Source: Candidatus Collierbacteria bacterium (GTDB lineage: Bacteria; Patescibacteriota; Microgenomatia; UBA1400; JACPES01). From it: a DNA stretch of 64,000 nucleotides. The translations under genes and the position numbers were made by a program. The notes beneath the pieces are model-generated. The model was not told the origin of the DNA, ran no database searches, and saw only the letters and a list, made by a program, of their open reading frames with translations. Location of the stretch: NCBI GenBank assembly GCA_016219325.1, contig JACRNH010000003.1:45123-109122 (forward strand), given 5' to 3'. Of the stretch, positions 19,768 through 31,846 are shown piece after piece; positions within the stretch are counted from its first letter, which is position 1, and every line of letters starts with the position of its first letter.

Positions 19768-20080
19768 AGGGTTTAGATTTATAGGCCGGAATTTCCGGAC
19801 TAAATGGGGAGAATTGGATTTAATTATGCGGGAAGGCAAAACCGTGGTGTTCGTGGAGGTTAAGGCTAGAGCAACTCCATCAATGGGGTCGCCTTTGGAA
19901 TATATTGATCCTGGTAAAATCCGCCATTTGAAAAAAGCGATTGATTTTTATTTAATTTCTAAAGGCTGGGAAGACAAATTATGCCGTTTGGATGCGGTCG
20001 GGATTGAGTACGAAATTATCGCCGAGGACGAATATATCTTAGGAAATATAGAATACGTTCAGGATTTAACGGGATGGTAA
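19688..20080 (+). CDS. yraN: YraN-family (UPF0102) endonuclease
   Basis: Motifs GELDLIMREGKTVVFVEVKAR and CRLDAVGIE fit the YraN/UPF0102 PD-(D/E)xK fold. The annotated start overlaps the rplS tail by 80 nt, so the true start is uncertain. Confidence 0.6.
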   Translation: MKTNKNQLKVLGSLGEEDARKYLQKNKGFRFIGRNFRTKWGELDLIMREGKTVVFVEVKARATPSMGSPLEYIDPGKIRHLKKAIDFYLISKGWEDKLCRLDAVGIEYEIIAEDEYILGNIEYVQDLTGW

Positions 20081-20081
20081 A

Positions 20082-20651
20082 TTAGTTATTAGTTGTTGGT
20101 GATTGGTTATTAGTGGGGGGAATAGAAATTTGACTGCTAAGGTCAATTTTTAATTTTGAAACCGTGCCGGCGGGGAGTTCTAAAACGTAGTTAACGGAAG
20201 AGGGGGAATTGTATAAAGGCAATTTGTCGTCGGTGGCGTTAGTAGGAGGGATAGGCACATTTTTATCAATTCCCGTTATTTTATTGCCGGAAATCCAGAT
20301 GATATCCAAAGGGAACATCATATCTTTCATCCAAAAAGCGGTTTGACGGGGAGGATTAATCTCAAATAACATTCCGTCTGAACCGATTTCATTTCTGTCA
20401 GAAAGCCCCTTTTGGGCTTTTTCGGGAGTTGAGGCAATTTCAACGTTTAATTCAGTATTGCCGACTTTGATTAAGCCGAATTCTGGTTGAAAAGCTGTTT
20501 CGGTTGGAGTAGGGGAAATCGTAACAGGAAAAGCGATGGCTGCAGGAGAAGAATTTAGCGTTTGCTTTTGAATATTTTGTATGGCTTTGGTTGCAAATAA
20601 ACCAGCGATAATCAGAATTAGTGAGAATAGAACCAAGCGCGTTTTATGCAT
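20082..20651 (-). CDS. DUF192 (COG1430) domain protein with an N-terminal signal/TM
   Basis: Signal-like N-terminus plus the conserved DUF192 core (GLSDRNEIGSDGMLFEF...FWMKDMMFPLDIIWI). Confidence 0.65.
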   Translation of the reverse strand: MHKTRLVLFSLILIIAGLFATKAIQNIQKQTLNSSPAAIAFPVTISPTPTETAFQPEFGLIKVGNTELNVEIASTPEKAQKGLSDRNEIGSDGMLFEINPPRQTAFWMKDMMFPLDIIWISGNKITGIDKNVPIPPTNATDDKLPLYNSPSSVNYVLELPAGTVSKLKIDLSSQISIPPTNNQSPTTNN

Positions 20652-20666
20652 AATTTATTCTACAAC

Positions 20667-21281
20667 TTATTTGAGCAACATTTTTATCAGCGTTTTGACA
20701 CTTGAAGCCGGATTTGTTTTGGAAAATTTAAAAATATTCCATTTCAGATATGCAGCTATCGCTAAATTGTCGTCTCTGTCATCAACAAACAGAATTTGTT
20801 GAGGTTGAAGTTTTGTGGTTTCCAAAACCTGCTCATATGCTTCTAAATCCGGTTTTTGCAAACCTGTGTCGCAGGAAATAAACAAAAAATCATATGCTAT
20901 GTCAGGAATTAATTTCCGTTTCTTTAGAACCGGAATCATATTTTTATAAATATTTGAGAGTAAGCCGATTTGATAGCCAGACTTTAATTTATTTATCAGA
21001 TCAAATGTTGGTTTGAAACTTGAATAATCTCTGATCCAGCTGTCTGTAAAATCGTAATTTGGATCAGCATTGATGTTGTTATCTTTCAAGCATTTTAGAT
21101 ATAGTTCTTGAGGGGCAATCTTGCCTGACGTGATTTCTTTGTCGTACTTATCAAAAGTGTTGCCAATCAATTCATACGGGATATTTTGTTCGATTGACGC
21201 GTTTCTGAAAGCCCGCTCGTAATCAATCAGCCCCCCGCCGATGTCAAAAAGAATAAGCTTGACAGTTGGATTTTGCACCAT
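20667..21281 (-). CDS. HAD-superfamily hydrolase
   Basis: N-terminal motif I (ILFDIGGGL), motif III Lys and motif IV (VDDRDDN) fit the haloacid dehalogenase fold. Confidence 0.65.
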   Translation of the reverse strand: MVQNPTVKLILFDIGGGLIDYERAFRNASIEQNIPYELIGNTFDKYDKEITSGKIAPQELYLKCLKDNNINADPNYDFTDSWIRDYSSFKPTFDLINKLKSGYQIGLLSNIYKNMIPVLKKRKLIPDIAYDFLFISCDTGLQKPDLEAYEQVLETTKLQPQQILFVDDRDDNLAIAAYLKWNIFKFSKTNPASSVKTLIKMLLK

Positions 21282-21353
21282 ATAAGCATTTTACAATAAC
21301 ATATAAGAGCCAAAAAGATTTTTTGCGGGAAACTTGGTAAAATATATTGTTTC

Positions 21354-21425
21354 GGGTCCATAGCTCAGCGGCAGAGCAGTAGCCTTTTAAGCTATGTGTC
21401 GTGGGTTCGATCCCCACTGGACCCA
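21354..21425 (+). tRNA. tRNA-Lys (anticodon UUU)
   Basis: GGGTCCATAGCTCAGCGGCAGAGCAGTAGCCTTTTAAGCTATGTGTCGTGGGTTCGATCCCCACTGGACCCA has a CT-TTT-AA anticodon loop and a TTCGATC T-loop. Confidence 0.85.
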
Positions 21426-21432
21426 CTAAAAT

Positions 21433-21507
21433 GGCCCTATCATCTAACGGTTAGGATATCAGGTTTTCATCCTGAAAATCGGGGTTCGATTCCCCGTGGG
21501 GTCACCA
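21433..21507 (+). tRNA. tRNA-Glu (anticodon UUC), CCA encoded
   Basis: GGCCCTATCATCTAACGGTTAGGATATCAGGTTTTCATCCTGAAAATCGGGGTTCGATTCCCCGTGGGGTCACCA has a TT-TTC-AT anticodon loop. Confidence 0.8.
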
Positions 21508-21543
21508 TTTTTGTTTGCCAAAATATGACAAACTATAAATATT

Positions 21544-23298
21544 ATGTTTTTAAGAATTCTTGCTCTTGCCAAGCCATACCAGGGCCAATTGGCGGCCATA
21601 TCAACTTTAATTTTGTTGATATCAGCCTTCAATCAGGTCGAACCGCAGATAACCAAGCGGATTACCGACTTGGCGGTTGGCGGTGGTCTTAATTCCCAAC
21701 TCCGTATAGTTTATATCCTCTTAGGAATTTTATTAGGAGTTAAATTTTTGCTGACTATCTTTAATAGGGCGTCATGGTATATGGCCAATCTTTTCAGCGA
21801 AAGATTTAAAGCTTATTTAAGGCAAAAGGGATTTGAGAATTTGCTTTCGCTTTCAATAGAATATTTCGATAAGCAGGTTTCCGGTAAATTGATGAGCCAG
21901 CTGGACCGGGGAGTCGCCAGAATTACCAGCATTATTAATAATTCGGGAATGGTTTTTTTCCCAAGTTTGTTAACAGCCGTAATATCTATTGTAATCGTCA
22001 TGAAGGTTAGCCCGATGCTGGGAATTGCCGCGGTGGCTTCATTTATTCCCTGTTCATTGGTTAATTATTGGAGATTCCGTAAAAACGAAAATCTGGAAAA
22101 ATCAGAATATGAGTTGAACGATAACCAATATGGGCATTTTTGGGAAACTATCAGCGCCATTCAGCTCATAAAATCATTTATTTCCGAGCAGTTTGAATTC
22201 CGGCGCTTAAAACAGTTTGACCGTCAGATCTATTCATTGCGCCGTCAAATGGAAAGAAATACCAATATCGCATTGGTCGGGGATTTATTCAACGAATTTT
22301 GGGGTTGGGGAATGTACGCTTATATAATTTGGATTGCTTTTACCGGTTCGATCACTATCGGAACCATGATTTTGCTGATTCAATATCTGCAAATGATCCG
22401 TCAGCCTCTATGGAATCTTAACTGGTTGTTTTGGGAAGCAAAAAGGGCTCAAATCGGTTCAAAAGAATTTTTGGAAATTTTAGAAGAAAAACCGGAGATA
22501 ATTGATTCGCCTAAGGTAGTTGATCCGGAGCAGATAAGGGGCAGAATTACTTTTGAAAAAGTTTCCTTTACTTACGATTCGGGGGCGAAAGTTTTTGATA
22601 ATTTAAGTTTCATAATTAAACCCGGAACCTCTCTGGCGGTAGTCGGCCCGTCCGGAGCCGGTAAATTGACTTTGGCATCGTTGATTCTTAGATTCTATGA
22701 TCCGCAAAAAGGCAGGATTATGGTTGACGGAATTGACATCAGGAATTTACCGCAAAGACGATTAAGAAAAGAAATCGGTTTCGTGATGCAGGATTCATTT
22801 TTATTTGCCGATACCGTCGAAGAAAATTTACGGTATGGGAAAGCCGACGCTTCTTTAAAGGAAATGGAGCAGGCTTGCCGGATTGCCAACGCCCATGATT
22901 TTATTATTAAGTTAAAGCAGGGTTATAAGACCGTGATAGGGGAACGCGGGGTCTTACTTTCAGGCGGACAAAAGCAGCGGTTATCTTTAGCCCGGACGAT
23001 TCTTAAAAATCCACCGATAATTATATTAGATGAAGCGACCAGTTCCCTGGATTCACAATCCGAACTGTATATCCAGCAGGCTTTGGAGCATTTTCTAAAA
23101 GGCCGGACGTCGCTGGTTATTGCCCACCGTCTGTCTACAGTCCAACATGCCGACTATATAATTGTGATTAAAGACAGAATGATTTTAGAGCAGGGATCTC
23201 ATTTTGAATTGCTAAAAGCTAAAGGTTTATATGCCAGCCTGTTTAAAATCCAGGCCGGAGACGTCGACAAGCTCAGGGAATGGGATTTGGTGGGGTAA
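21544..23298 (+). CDS. ABC transporter, fused permease/ATP-binding protein (MsbA-like exporter)
   Basis: Six-TM N-terminal domain, then an NBD with Walker A (GPSGAGKLT), the ABC signature (LSGGQKQR) and Walker B (ILDEATS). Confidence 0.85.
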   Translation: MFLRILALAKPYQGQLAAISTLILLISAFNQVEPQITKRITDLAVGGGLNSQLRIVYILLGILLGVKFLLTIFNRASWYMANLFSERFKAYLRQKGFENLLSLSIEYFDKQVSGKLMSQLDRGVARITSIINNSGMVFFPSLLTAVISIVIVMKVSPMLGIAAVASFIPCSLVNYWRFRKNENLEKSEYELNDNQYGHFWETISAIQLIKSFISEQFEFRRLKQFDRQIYSLRRQMERNTNIALVGDLFNEFWGWGMYAYIIWIAFTGSITIGTMILLIQYLQMIRQPLWNLNWLFWEAKRAQIGSKEFLEILEEKPEIIDSPKVVDPEQIRGRITFEKVSFTYDSGAKVFDNLSFIIKPGTSLAVVGPSGAGKLTLASLILRFYDPQKGRIMVDGIDIRNLPQRRLRKEIGFVMQDSFLFADTVEENLRYGKADASLKEMEQACRIANAHDFIIKLKQGYKTVIGERGVLLSGGQKQRLSLARTILKNPPIIILDEATSSLDSQSELYIQQALEHFLKGRTSLVIAHRLSTVQHADYIIVIKDRMILEQGSHFELLKAKGLYASLFKIQAGDVDKLREWDLVG

Positions 23299-23299
23299 A

Positions 23300-23653
23300 C
23301 TACTCCACCACCAGCGTTCCCTTCATGTACGGATGCGGGGAACAATGGAAACCATAGCTTCCCGGTTTAGACGGCGCTGTGATTGTTCCCGATTGATCTT
23401 TTCCCAATAAGCCGCTTTCAAAAGATGTTCCGTCGTCAGCAGTCATTGTATGGCCGACTGAATCGCGGTTTACGACTTTAATTGTTTGGCCGGATTTGAC
23501 GGTTAGAGTTGCCGGGGAAAATTTAAATCCGGAAATCTCAACTTCTGCCGATTCCGAAATTTTATCGCCGGCTTTGACTGGTTTAGCTGATTCCTGCGGT
23601 TGAACCGGAGTTATCACCGTAGGTTTCGGATTGTGATAACAAGCCGATAACAA
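23300..23653 (-). CDS. Cupredoxin (plastocyanin/amicyanin-like blue copper protein), probably a lipoprotein
   Basis: Type-1 copper ligand pattern H...C..H....M (VGHTMTA ... FHCSPHPYMKG). The upstream in-frame sequence encodes a lipobox-like LLLSAC, so the start is uncertain. Confidence 0.7.
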   Translation of the reverse strand: MLSACYHNPKPTVITPVQPQESAKPVKAGDKISESAEVEISGFKFSPATLTVKSGQTIKVVNRDSVGHTMTADDGTSFESGLLGKDQSGTITAPSKPGSYGFHCSPHPYMKGTLVVE

Positions 23654-23689
23654 TAATCCCGATGCTAAGATAAATAATAGTTTTTTTAT

Positions 23690-24397
23690 TTAATTCACCC
23701 CCTCTCCGCTAATTAATTCGATGGTTTTTATTGAAACAGGATTAATCGGTCTTGAGACTTCTCCTCCCGGAACAGTCGGAGCTTCCGCAATTTTATCTAC
23801 GGTTTCCATCCCGGCCACAACTTTCCCAAAAATCACATAGTTTTTCGGCAAAGGATTGTCTTGATGCATTATAAAAAATTGGCTGCCATTGGTGTTTGGG
23901 CCGGCGTTGGCCATAGCTACTATTCCGCGAGTATATTCCCCTTCAAACGGCTCATCGGCGAAACTATATCCCGGTCCTCCCGTGCCATCGCCCTTGGGAT
24001 CTCCGCCTTGGATCATAAAACTTTTGATCACCCGGTGAAAAATCGTCCCGTTATAAAAATTATTTTGGGCTAGTTTGATAAAGTTAGAAATGGTATTCGG
24101 AGTAGTGCCGGTATTAAATTTAATAGTTATGTCTCCTTCGGTGGTATGCAAGATTGCTGCGGTTGATTGGGATGAAAGCGAAATGGTCGGAACAGCCGTC
24201 GTTGGAATAGGGCTTATTTCCGGTTCAGGACCCGTAGTGGTTGATTGGCCTAAAGTCGTTCCCAGGATATTAGGAGAGGTGAGCTTATCTGTCGGTTGGT
24301 CGGTCATAGTCGCAATTTTTTCTTCCGGGTTACTAAACTTCATAAAGACTGTAACTGTTATGGCGAACAAAATCAAGAAGAAAATTAGCTTATTCAT
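23690..24397 (-). CDS. ppiB: Cyclophilin-type peptidyl-prolyl cis-trans isomerase, membrane-anchored
   Basis: N-terminal TM and a Thr/Pro-rich linker, then the cyclophilin core ([15 protein letters not shown]...[19 protein letters not shown]). Confidence 0.85.
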   Translation of the reverse strand: MNKLIFFLILFAITVTVFMKFSNPEEKIATMTDQPTDKLTSPNILGTTLGQSTTTGPEPEISPIPTTAVPTISLSSQSTAAILHTTEGDITIKFNTGTTPNTISNFIKLAQNNFYNGTIFHRVIKSFMIQGGDPKGDGTGGPGYSFADEPFEGEYTRGIVAMANAGPNTNGSQFFIMHQDNPLPKNYVIFGKVVAGMETVDKIAEAPTVPGGEVSRPINPVSIKTIELISGEGVN

Positions 24398-25037
24398 GAT
24401 TATTATTTTTTTGTTTCTCTTGGACGAAATGAATTATTGCCGGCAAAACAGATAAAAGAATTATGATTCCGATGATCGGCAAAAGATATTTATCAACGTC
24501 GGGAATAACCGTTCCTAAGTAATATCCCAAAAGTGTCATTCCGAACGACCACAAAAGCCCGCCGAAGACGTTGTATGTGATAAAAGATCCATAATGCATA
24601 TCCGCCATTCCTGCGATAATTGGAGCAAAAGTCCTTATCGCCGGAATAAATCTGGCTAGAATCAGGGTTTTTCCGCCGTGTTTATCATAAAATCGTTTGG
24701 CTGATTCCATGTGTTTTTTTTGGAAAAAAAATGACTCTTTTTGTTTCATTAACCAGTCCCCGAATTTTTTTCCGGTCCAGAATCCGACGCTATCTCCGCC
24801 GATTGCCCCAAGCGTTATCAAGGGAAGTAAAACCCAAATGTTAAAAATCTTTTGTGACGCCAATAGGCCGGCTGTAAACAATAAACTGTCTCCGGGAAGA
24901 AAGAATCCGAAAAATAAGCCGGATTCGGCAAATGTCATTCCAAAAATTCCCAAGTAACCAATTGATTCAATCAGACTCTGTAAGTCGCCTCCGAGAACCA
25001 TAGGGGAAATCATAACTGTCAATCCAAAGTTTGGCAA
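24390..25037 (-). CDS. DedA-family membrane protein
   Basis: [35 protein letters not shown] matches the DedA/SNARE-associated core. Confidence 0.8.
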   Translation of the reverse strand: MPNFGLTVMISPMVLGGDLQSLIESIGYLGIFGMTFAESGLFFGFFLPGDSLLFTAGLLASQKIFNIWVLLPLITLGAIGGDSVGFWTGKKFGDWLMKQKESFFFQKKHMESAKRFYDKHGGKTLILARFIPAIRTFAPIIAGMADMHYGSFITYNVFGGLLWSFGMTLLGYYLGTVIPDVDKYLLPIIGIIILLSVLPAIIHFVQEKQKNNNHE

Positions 25038-25073
25038 TCACCAGTTTTATGATGTATAATATGAGTTGTAATT

Positions 25074-25460
25074 ATGCCAAGTAATCCCAAAACCTTGGTG
25101 GCGACGACTTCAGATCCGCGCTGCCAGGAGCTTTTTTTTGATTGGCTGTCAAAGCAAAAACTCTTATCGAGTCACGTCCGGATTGCGGTGTCAGGATGCG
25201 TTAAAGACCGGGAAGCAATCATGAAAAGTATCCGCCAGGCCAAGAAAAGTTATGGAATTCAACAGGTAATTTTAATTAATGCTTTAGGGGATAAGGCTTA
25301 TTCGGAACGTAAATTTGCTAATCAGGACCTAGAAAAAGATGCTCACCGGAATGATTTGAAAAATACGGCTGCTGCCATCAAGGCCGAATCTCCCAATATC
25401 CAGGTTGAATTATTTCTGATTGATAAAAAGCATAAATTTGAAGCAATACCTCTTCAATAA
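25074..25460 (+). CDS. hypothetical soluble protein upstream of the atp operon
   Basis: A 128-aa ORF immediately 5' of atpB with no TM segments and no recognizable motif. Confidence 0.4.
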   Translation: MPSNPKTLVATTSDPRCQELFFDWLSKQKLLSSHVRIAVSGCVKDREAIMKSIRQAKKSYGIQQVILINALGDKAYSERKFANQDLEKDAHRNDLKNTAAAIKAESPNIQVELFLIDKKHKFEAIPLQ

Positions 25461-25461
25461 T

Positions 25462-26202
25462 ATGTCTTCTGCCTTACACATATCAATTGCCGCCGAACCG
25501 TTATTTAATCTTGGCCCTTTGGCGGCAACTAATTCCCTGCTTACAAGTTGGTTAGTGGTTTTAAGTTTAAGCTTATTGGCAATTTACGTTGGTAAGAATT
25601 TAAGAAAGATTCCCTCTTATCTTCAGATATTAATAGAAATTCCGGTTTCGGGAATTTATGATTTGGCCAATAATATAACCGGAACCAGAGCTAAAGTCTT
25701 TTTTCCGTTCGTCTTCACCGCGTTTATTTATATTATTTTTTCTAATTGGGCAGGTTTAATTCCCGGAGTCGGGACAATATTCCTAAAAATCGGCGAACAT
25801 GGGGTGGAAAAAGCCCCGCTTTTACGGGCTCCGACCGCCGACATCAACACTACTTTGGCTTTAGCTCTTTTGAGCGTTGGCTTGGTCCAATATTACGGTT
25901 TAAAAACCCTTAAAATGGAATACGTTAAAAAGTTTTTTAATTTTAAAAATCCGATTCTGACATTTGTCGGGATTCTGGAACTGGTCAGCGAGATCTCTAA
26001 AATAATCAGTTTTGCTTTCCGGCTTTTCGGCAACATATTTGCCGGAGAAGTATTGCTGGTGGTAACATCATTTTTAGTCCCATTTTTGGTACCCGCGCCT
26101 TTTTACGGATTGGAACTGTTTGTCGGATTTATTCAAGCCCTAGTGTTTAGTATGTTAACATTAGTATTCTTGAACTTAGCAACAACTCATGCGGAACATT
26201 AA
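25462..26202 (+). CDS. atpB: F0F1 ATP synthase subunit a
   Basis: Polytopic protein with the conserved LRLFGNIFAGE motif that includes the essential Arg. ATG 25462 is preferred over the ORF-track start at 25420. Confidence 0.85.
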   Translation: MSSALHISIAAEPLFNLGPLAATNSLLTSWLVVLSLSLLAIYVGKNLRKIPSYLQILIEIPVSGIYDLANNITGTRAKVFFPFVFTAFIYIIFSNWAGLIPGVGTIFLKIGEHGVEKAPLLRAPTADINTTLALALLSVGLVQYYGLKTLKMEYVKKFFNFKNPILTFVGILELVSEISKIISFAFRLFGNIFAGEVLLVVTSFLVPFLVPAPFYGLELFVGFIQALVFSMLTLVFLNLATTHAEH

Positions 26203-26442
<240 letters not shown>

Positions 26443-26448
26443 TAAATT

Positions 26449-26952
26449 ATGGAAAAATTGGGTATTAACGCATTCCAGCTTTTAGCCCAGGGGGTAAACT
26501 TTTTAATTTTGATGTTTGTCCTGAAAAAATTTCTCTTAAAGCCGCTATTGGCTTTATTGGAGAAGAGGAAGGCATCGATTAGTGAGCAAATTAAAGCGGA
26601 GGAGGATTTGTCCAAGAGAATTAAAGATACAGAGCGTAAAGATCAAGCGGTGCTGAAACAGGCTAAGCTTAAAGCCGATGAGATTATTAAACAGGCTCAA
26701 GTTTTAGCCAGAAAAGAAGCTGTGGAAATTTTAGCCGCAACTCGGCAGGAATCAAAAAAGATCTTAGCCCGTGCGGATATGGACGCTAAATTGGAATTTA
26801 GGAAAAGCCAAGCGCGTTTACAAACCATGGTAATTAAAGAAGCAGCGGTATTAGCAAATCGAGCTCTGGCAGAGGTGTTATCTAAAGAAGATCAGAAGAA
26901 AATTACTGAAGTCCAAATAGCCAAATTGGTTAAAGGCGAAGAATATGTCTGA
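26449..26952 (+). CDS. atpF: F0F1 ATP synthase subunit b
   Basis: N-terminal TM helix followed by a long charged alpha-helical stalk. Confidence 0.75.
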   Translation: MEKLGINAFQLLAQGVNFLILMFVLKKFLLKPLLALLEKRKASISEQIKAEEDLSKRIKDTERKDQAVLKQAKLKADEIIKQAQVLARKEAVEILAATRQESKKILARADMDAKLEFRKSQARLQTMVIKEAAVLANRALAEVLSKEDQKKITEVQIAKLVKGEEYV

Positions 26953-28576
26953 CGCATTGATCCGCTCTAGGATAAAGATTAATCCTAAAGAGCTTTCTGA
27001 AATTAAGAAACATCTGGGGGTGAAGTCTATTAAAAACCGGATTGATGGTTCAATTCCTGGTGGTTTTTTGGCCGAAGTAGGGGATAAGATTTACGATTTT
27101 ACTGTACATATAGATCAATCCGTCAACCCCCAGAAAGCATATAGTGTCGGTAAAATTGTTTTGATCGGCGACGGAGTGGCCGAAGCAGATGGCTTATCGG
27201 AGGCAATGCTTGGCGAAATCGTCGAGATTGAGAATAAAGGCCGAGGATTGGTGCTTAATTTGTCTCCCAAGAGTTTGGGGATCGTGATTTTAGGTGATTA
27301 TTCTCAAATCAAACCTGGAGACTCGGTTAAAACTACCGGCAGAATTTTGTCGGTGCCGGTCGGTAAAGAAGTTTTAAGCAGGGTGATTGATCCTTTGGGC
27401 CAGCCTCTTGACGGCAAAGAAGATTTCAGGCCCGAAAAATATAATCCATTAGAAATAATTGCTCCGGGAGTTATGGCCAGACAGTCGGTATCGGTTCCTT
27501 TGCAAACAGGCATAAAAGCTATTGACGGGATGATCCCGATCGGCAGGGGTCAAAGAGAACTGATTATCGGTGATCGCCAGACCGGGAAAAGTTCAATCGC
27601 TTTATCCACGATTATAAATCAGAAACATGAGAACATGATTTGCGTCTATGTGGCCATAGGTCAAAAACGCTCCAACATCGCCCAATTTATTGCTATTTTG
27701 GAAAAATTTGGAGCGATGTCTCATACCGTAGTCGTGGCAGCTTCGGCTTCCGATTCTCCGGCAATGCAATATTTGGCCCCATATGCCGGCTGCGCCATCG
27801 GCGAATATTTTTTGCAAAAAGGCAAAGACGCTTTAGTGATTTATGATGATTTAAGCAAGCATTCATGGGCATACCGTCAAATTAGCTTGTTGCTTAGGCG
27901 GCCCTCCGGTCGGGAAGCTTACCCGGGAGATATTTTTTACGCTCATTCCCGGCTTTTGGAGAGATCCTGCCGCTTAAATCAAAAATCCGGAGGCGGATCA
28001 TTAACTGCTTTGCCGATTATTGAGACCCAGGCCGGCGATTTATCAGCATATATTCCGACCAACGTTATCAGTATTACCGACGGCCAAATTTATCTGGAAT
28101 CGGATTTGTTTAACTCGGGCCAAAAACCGGCCATAAACGTCGGCAACTCCGTCAGCCGGGTCGGCGGATCCGCCCAAATTAAGGCGATTAAACAGGTGGC
28201 CGGCAGATTAAGATTGGATTTAGCTCAGTATCGCGAGTTGCAGGCATTCGCCCAATTCGCTTCTGATTTAGACGACCGGACTAAAAAAGACTTGAACAGG
28301 GGGTCTAAATTGACCGAGTTGTTAAAGCAGGGGTGGGATGAACCGATGCCGGTGGAAAGACAAGTGGTCTCTATTTGGGCCGGAACAAACGGAATTTTGG
28401 ACGATATTGATTTATTAAAAATTAAAAATTTTGAGAATCATTTATTGGATTATGTTGACCGCCACAATCCGGAAATATTCAAGAAAATCGTATCAGATAA
28501 AGTTCTATCGCCGGAAACCGCCGAAAAATTAGCCAAAGCCGTCAGAGACGCCAAACAAGTATTCAATCCTAAATAA
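26945..28576 (+). CDS. atpA: F0F1 ATP synthase subunit alpha (with a ~40-aa N-terminal extension)
   Basis: Walker A (GDRQTGKS) and the alpha-type conserved core. There is no separate delta (OSCP) gene between atpF and atpA. Confidence 0.9.
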   Translation: MSDALIRSRIKINPKELSEIKKHLGVKSIKNRIDGSIPGGFLAEVGDKIYDFTVHIDQSVNPQKAYSVGKIVLIGDGVAEADGLSEAMLGEIVEIENKGRGLVLNLSPKSLGIVILGDYSQIKPGDSVKTTGRILSVPVGKEVLSRVIDPLGQPLDGKEDFRPEKYNPLEIIAPGVMARQSVSVPLQTGIKAIDGMIPIGRGQRELIIGDRQTGKSSIALSTIINQKHENMICVYVAIGQKRSNIAQFIAILEKFGAMSHTVVVAASASDSPAMQYLAPYAGCAIGEYFLQKGKDALVIYDDLSKHSWAYRQISLLLRRPSGREAYPGDIFYAHSRLLERSCRLNQKSGGGSLTALPIIETQAGDLSAYIPTNVISITDGQIYLESDLFNSGQKPAINVGNSVSRVGGSAQIKAIKQVAGRLRLDLAQYRELQAFAQFASDLDDRTKKDLNRGSKLTELLKQGWDEPMPVERQVVSIWAGTNGILDDIDLLKIKNFENHLLDYVDRHNPEIFKKIVSDKVLSPETAEKLAKAVRDAKQVFNPK

Positions 28577-28577
28577 T

Positions 28578-29450
28578 ATGTCAAGCACTAGAGATCTAAA
28601 ACGCAGGATAAAAACAGCCGGAAATATCAGTAAAATTACCAAAGCCATGGAATCCGTAGCGGCCAGTAAAATGAAAAAGGCTCAAGACGCGGCTTTGTCG
28701 GGAGTCTCTTATGAGAATTTAATGAAAAAAATGGTGGCGAACATAATTAGATTTTCCAGCATTATTGATCATCCGCTAATTTCCGTGAAAGACGACCGCG
28801 GTTTTCTGCCGGATTTAACCATTTTAATTTCTCCGGACCGGGGATTATGCGGATCTCTGCCGGCCATGACATTCAGATTAGCCGAAAAAGAGATTGCTGG
28901 TAATTCCAACCAAGATAAAGTGATTGTGGTTGGGAAAAAGGCCGTGGTTTACGCCAAAAGAACCAATTGGAATGTCTTGGCCAGCTTCGATTCATTAGGA
29001 GATAGGCCAACAATGTCAGATGCTTCCGCGATAAGCAGTATCGCCATAGAGGAATACGAGAAAAAACAAATCGGTAGAATCAGATTGCTGTATCCCAAAT
29101 TTATTTCAACCCTGAATCAGGAGGCGGTTATTGAAGACGTTTTGCCGGTCAAGCCGGTTTCCGAGACTTCGGATATTCGCATACTCCAACCTAAGTATAT
29201 TTTCGAACCAACGCCTCAAGATTTATTGTCGGAATTGTTGCCGGCGTATGTCAGAATTTCGATTTATCAGTCGGTGTTGTCAAGCAAAGCGGCAGAACAG
29301 TCTGCCCGGATGATCGCCATGAAAAATGCTTCGGATAATGCCCGGGAAGTTAAGGGATTGCTGCAATTGTCATATAATCAAACCCGTCAAAAAGCAATTA
29401 CGGCTGAAATAGCGGATATTGTGACGGCAAGTATGGCTGTTGTAAATTAG
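28578..29450 (+). CDS. atpG: F0F1 ATP synthase subunit gamma
   Basis: Conserved N-terminal (RDLKRRIKTAGNISKITKAMESVAASKM) and C-terminal helices of the gamma subunit. Confidence 0.85.
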   Translation: MSSTRDLKRRIKTAGNISKITKAMESVAASKMKKAQDAALSGVSYENLMKKMVANIIRFSSIIDHPLISVKDDRGFLPDLTILISPDRGLCGSLPAMTFRLAEKEIAGNSNQDKVIVVGKKAVVYAKRTNWNVLASFDSLGDRPTMSDASAISSIAIEEYEKKQIGRIRLLYPKFISTLNQEAVIEDVLPVKPVSETSDIRILQPKYIFEPTPQDLLSELLPAYVRISIYQSVLSSKAAEQSARMIAMKNASDNAREVKGLLQLSYNQTRQKAITAEIADIVTASMAVVN

Positions 29451-29454
29451 TTAA

Positions 29455-30838
<1,384 letters not shown>

Positions 30839-30852
30839 TCTGATTATTAATT

Positions 30853-31260
30853 ATGTTACTCCATCTCTCTCTTGCTACTCCTCTTAAGAAAGTTTTAGAG
30901 ATTGACGAAGTTGAAATCGTTAATGCTCCGGCGGAAATGGGTGACGTTGGAATTTTGCCGAATCATGCTCCGTTTATGTCCAGACTTAAAGACGGGGTGA
31001 TAAATTACCGGATCGGGGGAAATAATTTTTATGTCGGAGTTAACGGAGCCTTTATGGATGTAGCCGAAAATCAGGTGACTATAATTTCTGAAGCCGCAAT
31101 TTTGCCGGAGGACGCTGATTTAAAAAGAGCTCAAGAAGCAAGGGATAGGGCGAAGGCTGAATTGGAAAAAAGACTGGAAGGAACAGATTTTAAGATGGTG
31201 GAAGCGGAGTTGAGAAAAGCGCTTTTAGAGATGAAATTATTGGAGCACGTTAAAAAATGA
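30853..31260 (+). CDS. atpC: F0F1 ATP synthase subunit epsilon
   Basis: Size, position and a beta-sandwich plus helical-hairpin pattern consistent with the epsilon subunit. Confidence 0.75.
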   Translation: MLLHLSLATPLKKVLEIDEVEIVNAPAEMGDVGILPNHAPFMSRLKDGVINYRIGGNNFYVGVNGAFMDVAENQVTIISEAAILPEDADLKRAQEARDRAKAELEKRLEGTDFKMVEAELRKALLEMKLLEHVKK

Positions 31261-31337
31261 GTAATGAGTAGAAAGTAATGAGTAATGAATAAAATAACAT
31301 TATTTTCTACTTTCTATTTTCTACTCATTATTTTTTT
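31259..31337. terminator. AGTAATGAG/TAGAAAGTA-family inverted-repeat hairpin followed by a T7 tract (a likely intrinsic terminator after atpC)
   Basis: GAGTAATGAGTAGAAAGTAATGAGTAATGAAT ... ATTATTTTCTACTTTCTATTTTCTACTCATTA then TTTTTTT immediately before the ruvC ATG. Confidence 0.6.
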
Positions 31338-31826
31338 ATGATTATCTTAGGCATTGACCCCGGATTTGCCAGAATGGGATGGGGAGTAATCAGCAAAAAC
31401 GGCGCAAAATTTTCACTGGTAGCTTACGGATGTCTGGAGACTTCTGCCGATGTCGGTTTGCCAGACAGGTTGGAAATGATATTTGACGGGATTCTCAAAG
31501 TAATAAAGAAGTACAAGCCGGATTTGGTCGGCATAGAAACTCTTTTTTTTAACACTAACGCCAAAACCGCGGTCAAGGTAGGGGAGGCGAGGGGAGCGAT
31601 ATTGGTGGCGCTGAAAAAAGCCGGAATTAAATCAGCGGATCTGACTCCTCTTCAAGTGAAACAAGCTGTAGCTGGTTACGGCCGGGCGGAAAAATCTCAA
31701 GTCCAAAAAATGGTTAAGACCTTGTTAAATCTAAAAGAAATCCCCCATCCTGACGACGCCGCCGACGCTTTAGCCATCGCCCTCGCTGCTGGATCAATTG
31801 TAAAGTATCAGATACTTTACAACTAA
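31338..31826 (+). CDS. ruvC: Holliday junction resolvase RuvC. Its last 8 codons are supplied by a palindromic repeat.
   Basis: N-terminal ILGIDPGFARMGWGVI with the catalytic Asp, and C-terminal DDAADALAIAL. The terminal IVKYQILYN is encoded by the 25-bp palindrome at 31798-31822. Confidence 0.85.
   Translation: MIILGIDPGFARMGWGVISKNGAKFSLVAYGCLETSADVGLPDRLEMIFDGILKVIKKYKPDLVGIETLFFNTNAKTAVKVGEARGAILVALKKAGIKSADLTPLQVKQAVAGYGRAEKSQVQKMVKTLLNLKEIPHPDDAADALAIALAAGSIVKYQILYN
31798..31822. repeat. Palindrome copy 1 (TTGTAAAGTATC A GATACTTTACAA), forming the 3' codons of ruvC
   Basis: Perfect 12-bp arms with a 1-nt spacer. Confidence 0.9.
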
Positions 31827-31846
31827 TATTTGCAAATATAGTTCGT

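Noticed and set aside
21244-21692. ORFs 21244..21426(-) and 21396..21692(+) from the six-frame track
   Set aside because: They overlap the tRNA-Lys and tRNA-Glu genes and have no coding features. Likewise 1695..1877(+) overlaps tRNA-Thr.
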